A stretch of 64,000 nt of DNA from the human T2T-CHM13v2.0 reference genome, Homo sapiens. Within the stretch, counting starts at the first letter, position 1. Every line of letters starts with the position of its first letter. The notes under the pieces are model-generated. The model ran no database searches, had not been told where the DNA came from, and worked only from the letters and a program-made list of their open reading frames with translations. Below are positions 58,581 to 64,000 of the stretch, in pieces. Where the stretch lies: the NCBI RefSeq assembly GCF_009914755.1, contig NC_060926.1, one strand, 5' to 3'. The position numbers were made by a program, and so were the translations under genes.

Positions 58581-59574
58581 CTTCTATGCATTATACCTTT
58601 TGTCAGGTACCTTACTTTGGGTGTGTACATGGATTACCTACATTTCCTCTACCCTCTGAGATGGATACAGATTGGAGGGAGGTGTCACGGTAACTAAAAC
58701 AGTCCAGGCATCCCTGGCATTAGCACTTACTTATTCAAGGTGGGCCTTGTATTGCTCCAAAGTGGGAAATATTCCTGGGTAATATTTCTGGTTTATTCCA
58801 TATGCCCACCAGTAGGTTTGCTACTAAACATCCTCGATGCTGTGCCCTGGGCATGATGCTTCTATTCATTGCCGTCTCTCTTCCACAGGGCTCTGCTGAC
58901 AGTCTTCTCTCCTGCTCCACTTGTCACACTGGGGGCTGCTGCTGTTACTCTGGGTGTGCCACACCATACAGGGTGCCTCTGCTGCTCTGCATTGCCTCTT
59001 TGGCCTTGTCGGATGCCACAGACCATGTCTGGTGTCTACTGCTGGTCTGCTAGAACCTCACCAGACTCCCTGGCCACACATACAGTCTAAATCCCATTGT
59101 GATGTTCTGTGCTGCCAAGTATTGTGCTTTGGGATCAAAGTGTTGAGAAGGACAGTGACTCTTTCAAATGTCATTCCATTGGGGTCAACTCTAGTGATTT
59201 CTCACTGTATTTGACAGTTTAGTGCAAGAGCTCTCTCAGTTTTTAGAGTCATACGTTTCCCTGTACACATTCATAGAGCTGGGGAGAGTGAGCAATAGCC
59301 AAGACATTGCTGAAATCACAATGTGGACCTCCTCAAGGCTATGCATGTACATTATTGCAAAGAATAAGGCTTTGTTCCTCATCCATCCTCTGGTAGTCAC
59401 AGCTTTATTTTAATTAGAGCTGTTTCCATAAAGCTAGCATAGAGATATGTGTCTGTCTACAGGACGAGTTCGTGAGATGTGCCCAAAGCAATGGTAAATA
59501 AGGCTTGAGTTTTCTAGGAGGCAATTCAGTCCTTCTGCAAATAGATCCTCACCTCTGCTGCTACATTTGGTATG

Positions 59575-59765
59575 CACTTTTACCTTGGCATGCACCACGG
59601 TGCCCTGTGATTATTAATTTACTTCCATGTCTTGGTCTTCATGTCTCTCTGTAGATCTTTAAGGGCAGGGACAATACATTATTCAACTTTATTTAAAAAT
59701 TCTAACATCTATCCTAGTGTTAGATACTGAGCAAACATGCAGCAAATGTGTCCTGTATAAATGAA
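59575..59765 (+). mobile_element. L2 3' end
   Basis: ttaagggcagggacaatacattattc...cctagtg. Confidence 0.5.
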
Positions 59766-60784
59766 ACAAGTCATATTCCAATTTTTTTGTTTTCCTCCTG
59801 GTTTTACTTAATGAAACTCATTGAACTAAAAATATCTAATCTTTATATTCCTCCAGCAAACTATGAGACTTAGTCCATTTTAGATTCTTATTAAAATTTA
59901 CTGAATTGCCTTTTTTGGTATTCATAAATGTATGAAAGTGACTTACCAATTAGTGATAATTATTATTAATTGCTTATTAATAGATTATAATTGGAGCCCA
60001 GCACATATTGTTACAGGCCTTATCATATTTCAGGCAACACTTCGATTTTAAAACAAACATTAAAAAAAATTCTTATTTGATGACTCTGAGGATAGACCTC
60101 CCACCATAAGCCTTTATCCATGCTAGAGTGGAATAGACAGATGCATTTCATTTACAGCGTAAGATAAAATTGCTCTTTGATATTCAGTACTCTGTGTGGG
60201 GAAAGCCTTTTTTTTCTTTTCTGAATTCCAGTAATTGTCTTGTTTGTAGTCCCTTGCTGCAGACCTTTGCCTCCTGCCAACTGCTTGCCAGACGTGGTCT
60301 CAATGTTAAGAAGGGAGAGGTTCCCAGAGAGCATAAGATATATATTGAAATCAAACATTTTTCTAAAACTATTGTTTTCCAATTTCCACTAAATCATACC
60401 TTTTGTGACCCTTCTTACTCAGTGGATTTCAAAACACTTAGCAAAAGAATAACTAAAATAAAAAGTCATTACTCACAGATGCTTTGCACACCTGAAGGGT
60501 AAAGTTGGTTTTTCTTTTGTGTGTTATTTATACCAATGACACACCATTTCTTTATTATTTTTGAGTTTCATTCTTTAGGTTAACTGGCTCCACTTTGATT
60601 TCTGCTGCTCAGCTATGACACAACAATTGAATTTAAGTATCAGCCTATTACTTACTCTGTATGTTTCAAAATTCAAGGTCAGAATAAAAAATTAGAAAAC
60701 AAATGGGGACATCAAGTCTTTTTCTCTATCTCAGTCCATAAAAATCATAGTCCATAAAAATTCTAAATTCACAGAAAGTGTTCA

Positions 60785-60925
60785 AAACTCCTCTCTGCTG
60801 GCTACTCTCTGTGTGACCTGGGCAAAGTTACTCAGCCTTTCTCTATCATGAGTTTCTAATCTAAAAAAAATAGTGCATTGTTTATAATACCTATGTTATA
60901 GGCTTGCTTGAAGAATAAATTGGTT
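60785..60925 (+). mobile_element. MIR
   Basis: ctgtgtgacctgggcaaagttactcagccttctct. Confidence 0.65.
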
Positions 60926-60934
60926 GTGACGTTA

Positions 60935-63900
60935 GCAAGGTGGCAAACTAGAAAGATCCAGGCCCTCATTCCCCAATGAATATATTAAGGAAACAAATAG
61001 AGGCTGACTAAAACAACTTGCTGGGATTTCTGAAAATCAGTCAAAGATCTATATGACCAACTGAGAACTCAATCAAGAAAAAGCCGCCATGTTCAATACA
61101 TTAGGAAATTTCATGTGTCCTATCCTACACTCCCTTCCGTGCGGTGTGCCATAGTTTGGGAAGTGGCAGCCCATTCTCTAATTCCCTCTGTGAACCACAG
61201 AGAGCAGAGAAGACCTAATTTTCAATGTCTTATCCTGTCTGGGGACTGCTTGAAGGATTGGTCTCTGTGTCACCTAACATGGAGCTCAGATAGCCAAAGA
61301 GTACAGCTTGAATCTTAGGCTAGTAAAAACCACTGGAAGCATCAAGCATGGCTCAAAAAGCGAGGAAAACTATAGACTTGTAGATGTTTGAGGCTAGAGC
61401 TTACTCACTTAGGAACACAACAGAACACCTAAGGCCCAGGGAAGGAACATAATAAGTAAGAGTCACATAGAAAATAAGAAATTTAAAAATAACTGTGTAG
61501 GGAGAGAAATCAGAAAAAAATAAAATATAAATAAAAGCAGATACACAGCCTAGCAAAGACATCTATCCAGAAAAGTCCTGAGAAGACCACAGGTCTTCAT
61601 ATTGGGCCAATTACAAGTCTCAGAACATGCCCTGCTAATTAATAAAGCTTTCCCCTGCAGGGAGCCAATCTGCAATGAATAGGAGTGGTGGCTGTTCTTT
61701 CAAATGACCAATTTTCAATTAAAGATTGCAAGCCCAACAACAACAAAAAAAAAAACAAAAACAGGAAAAATCAACTCATTCAATGGTACAGAATACATTT
61801 CTATAAGCAGTCCCTGAAGCAACACAGGCATTGGACCCACTAAACAAAGACTTTAAAATAACTATCTTAGATAAATTCAACAAGCTAAGCAAAAACACAG
61901 ACCAATAACTAAAACAAATAGGAAAGTGATATGTAAACAAAATGAGATTATCAATACAGATAAAAATTATTGTATTTATTATTTTAAAAAGAACCAAAGA
62001 GAAATTCTAGAGCTGAAAAACAAAATACCTGGATGAAAAATTTTAATAGAAGTATTTAACAACTGATTTGAATAGGCAGAAGTAAGAAAAAACAGATTTG
62101 AAGTCAGGTCATATTAAATTATTGCATCTGAAGAGAAAAATAAATACACAGGAACATAAACAGAAAAAAAATCTCCGTGACCACAAATTTTTAATGGAAA
62201 TACAGTACAGAAAGAAGTAAAATCTGACATTGACTATGTAAACTGGGAAAGAGAGGAAGTCAAGTCTAGAGTTTCTGTGATTTAAGATAAGTTGTTATCA
62301 GCATGCAACACACTATTGTAACTATGAAATGTTCAATGCAAATCTTATGAAAACCATAAAAATACAATAGATACACAAAATATAAAGATAAAATAATCCA
62401 AGCCCATCAATACAAAAAACCATCAGGACCTAAAGAATGACAAGGGAGAAAAAGAGTAAGAGAACTACACAAAAGACAAAACAATTCACTACTTGTAAGA
62501 GTAATTCCTTACATAGTAATCATGATTTTAAATATAAATGAACTAAACTCAAAAAAAAAAAAAAGATGTAGTGTGGCTGAATGGATTAAAAACTGAGATC
62601 CAACTGTTTACTGAATAAAAAGACTTAATGATAGATTTAGGGGCACACATAAGATGAAAGTGAAGAGATGGAGGAATGTATACTTGCAAGTGATAACCAA
62701 AAAGAACGAAGAGTGGCCACACTTCTATCAGACCAAAATAGACTTTAAGTCAAAAACAGTCACAAGCGACAAGAAGGTCACTGTATAATAATAAAATGGT
62801 CAATTCTAAAGGAACTTATAATAATCGTAAATATATATGCACCCAACATCAAATGACCTAAATATAGGTTGAGTATCCCTTATTTGAAATGCTTGGGACC
62901 AGAAGTGTTTCAAACTTGTTTTTCTTTTTCTTTTGTTTTGAAATATTTGCACATATATAATGAGATATCTTGGGAATGAGAACTAAGTCTATATATAAAA
63001 TTCACTTACGTTTTATATATGCCTTATACATATAACCTGAAAGTAATTTTATATAATATTTTAAATAATTTTGTATATGAAACAATGCTTATGTAGATTG
63101 AACCTTCAAAAATTTAAATTGTCACTATCTCAGCCACTCATCTGAAAAATCTGTGATTGTTTGGTATCACCATTATTCTTGACTGCTAATAAGCAATCAT
63201 TTTCCTACACTTATTCACACAAAGGTACTTAACAGTATTAAATGTGACTGCAACTCATCACATGAGACCAGGTGTACAATTTTCCACTTATGGAATTATG
63301 TCAGTGCTCAAAAAGTTTAGAATTTGGGAGTATTTCAGATTTTGAATTTTTAGATTACAATGCTCAACCTGTATATAAAGCAAATATTAGCAAATCTTGG
63401 GAGAAATAGACAGCAATATAATAATAGTAAGAAACTTTCATTCTCTATAATGTATACATCATTTAGAAGGAAAATCAGTAAGAAAAAAGCAGAACTGGAT
63501 AACGCTATAGGCCAAATGAACCTAACAAACATATATAGGACTTTCTACTGAATGGCAGCAGAATATAGTTTATTCTCAAGTGCACACAGAACAGCCTGCA
63601 AGACAGATCATACACTATGACATGAGACAAGTCTTAACTCATTTAAAAGGATTTAAATTAATTAATACATCTTTTTATCACAATGGAATGAAAATAGAAA
63701 TCAATAAAAGAAAGAAAAGTTATAATAGATGGAAATTAAACAATAATCTTCAACAACTATTCAGGCAAAGCAGAAATTAAAAAGTAAATTGAAGAATATC
63801 TCAATTTAAATAAAAAAACACAACATATCAAAACCTATGAAATGCAGCAAAATCATCACTCAGAGTTTATACCAAAAATACCTACATTAATAAAGAAAAA

Positions 63901-64000
63901 AGATCTCAACTAAGCAGCTGAACTTTGTACCTCAAGAACTAGGAGAAAAAAACTAAACCACACATTAGCAGAAAAAAATAATAAAGATTAGAGGATATAT
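60935..64000 (+). mobile_element. Old L1M: 5' region, partial ORF1 and ORF2 endonuclease, continuing past the window
   Basis: aagactttaaaataactatc...gaaattctagagctgaaaa (ORF1); aatatatatgcacccaac (NIYAPN endonuclease motif); QMNLTNIYRTFY. Confidence 0.85.
62865..63371. mobile_element. Tigger4/MER46 (Zombi) DNA transposon inserted in L1 ORF2
   Basis: TIRs taggttgagtatccc and atgctcaacctg with TA duplications; the L1 reads through as cctaaata|tataaagcaaata. Confidence 0.9.

Noticed and set aside
58735-59214. Overlapping Cys-rich ORFs in a slightly GC-richer patch
   Set aside because: No consistent cysteine pattern, splice structure or promoter

Overview
AT-rich, CpG-depleted, repeat-dense primate (very likely human) genomic DNA, either intergenic or deep intronic. 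It contains AluJ/S/Y copies and monomers, L1PA/PB/MA/MB/M fragments, MaLR, ERVL and ERV1 solo LTRs, L2, MIR, Tigger/hAT DNA-transposon fossils and simple repeats. I found no credible host protein-coding exon, RNA gene or CpG-island promoter. The ORF track is explained by L1 ORF2 debris, Alu/LTR read-through, a purine-pyrimidine repeat and chance. Subfamily names come from remembered consensus sequences, and boundaries without a TSD are approximate. The most unusual stretch is a ~570 bp alternating purine-pyrimidine array at 2353-2930 with ~28 CpGs in its first ~200 bp, all in ACGT context (E-box/HRE-like). There are also several resolvable nested or rearranged insertions. I see no evidence for a novel multi-gene system.
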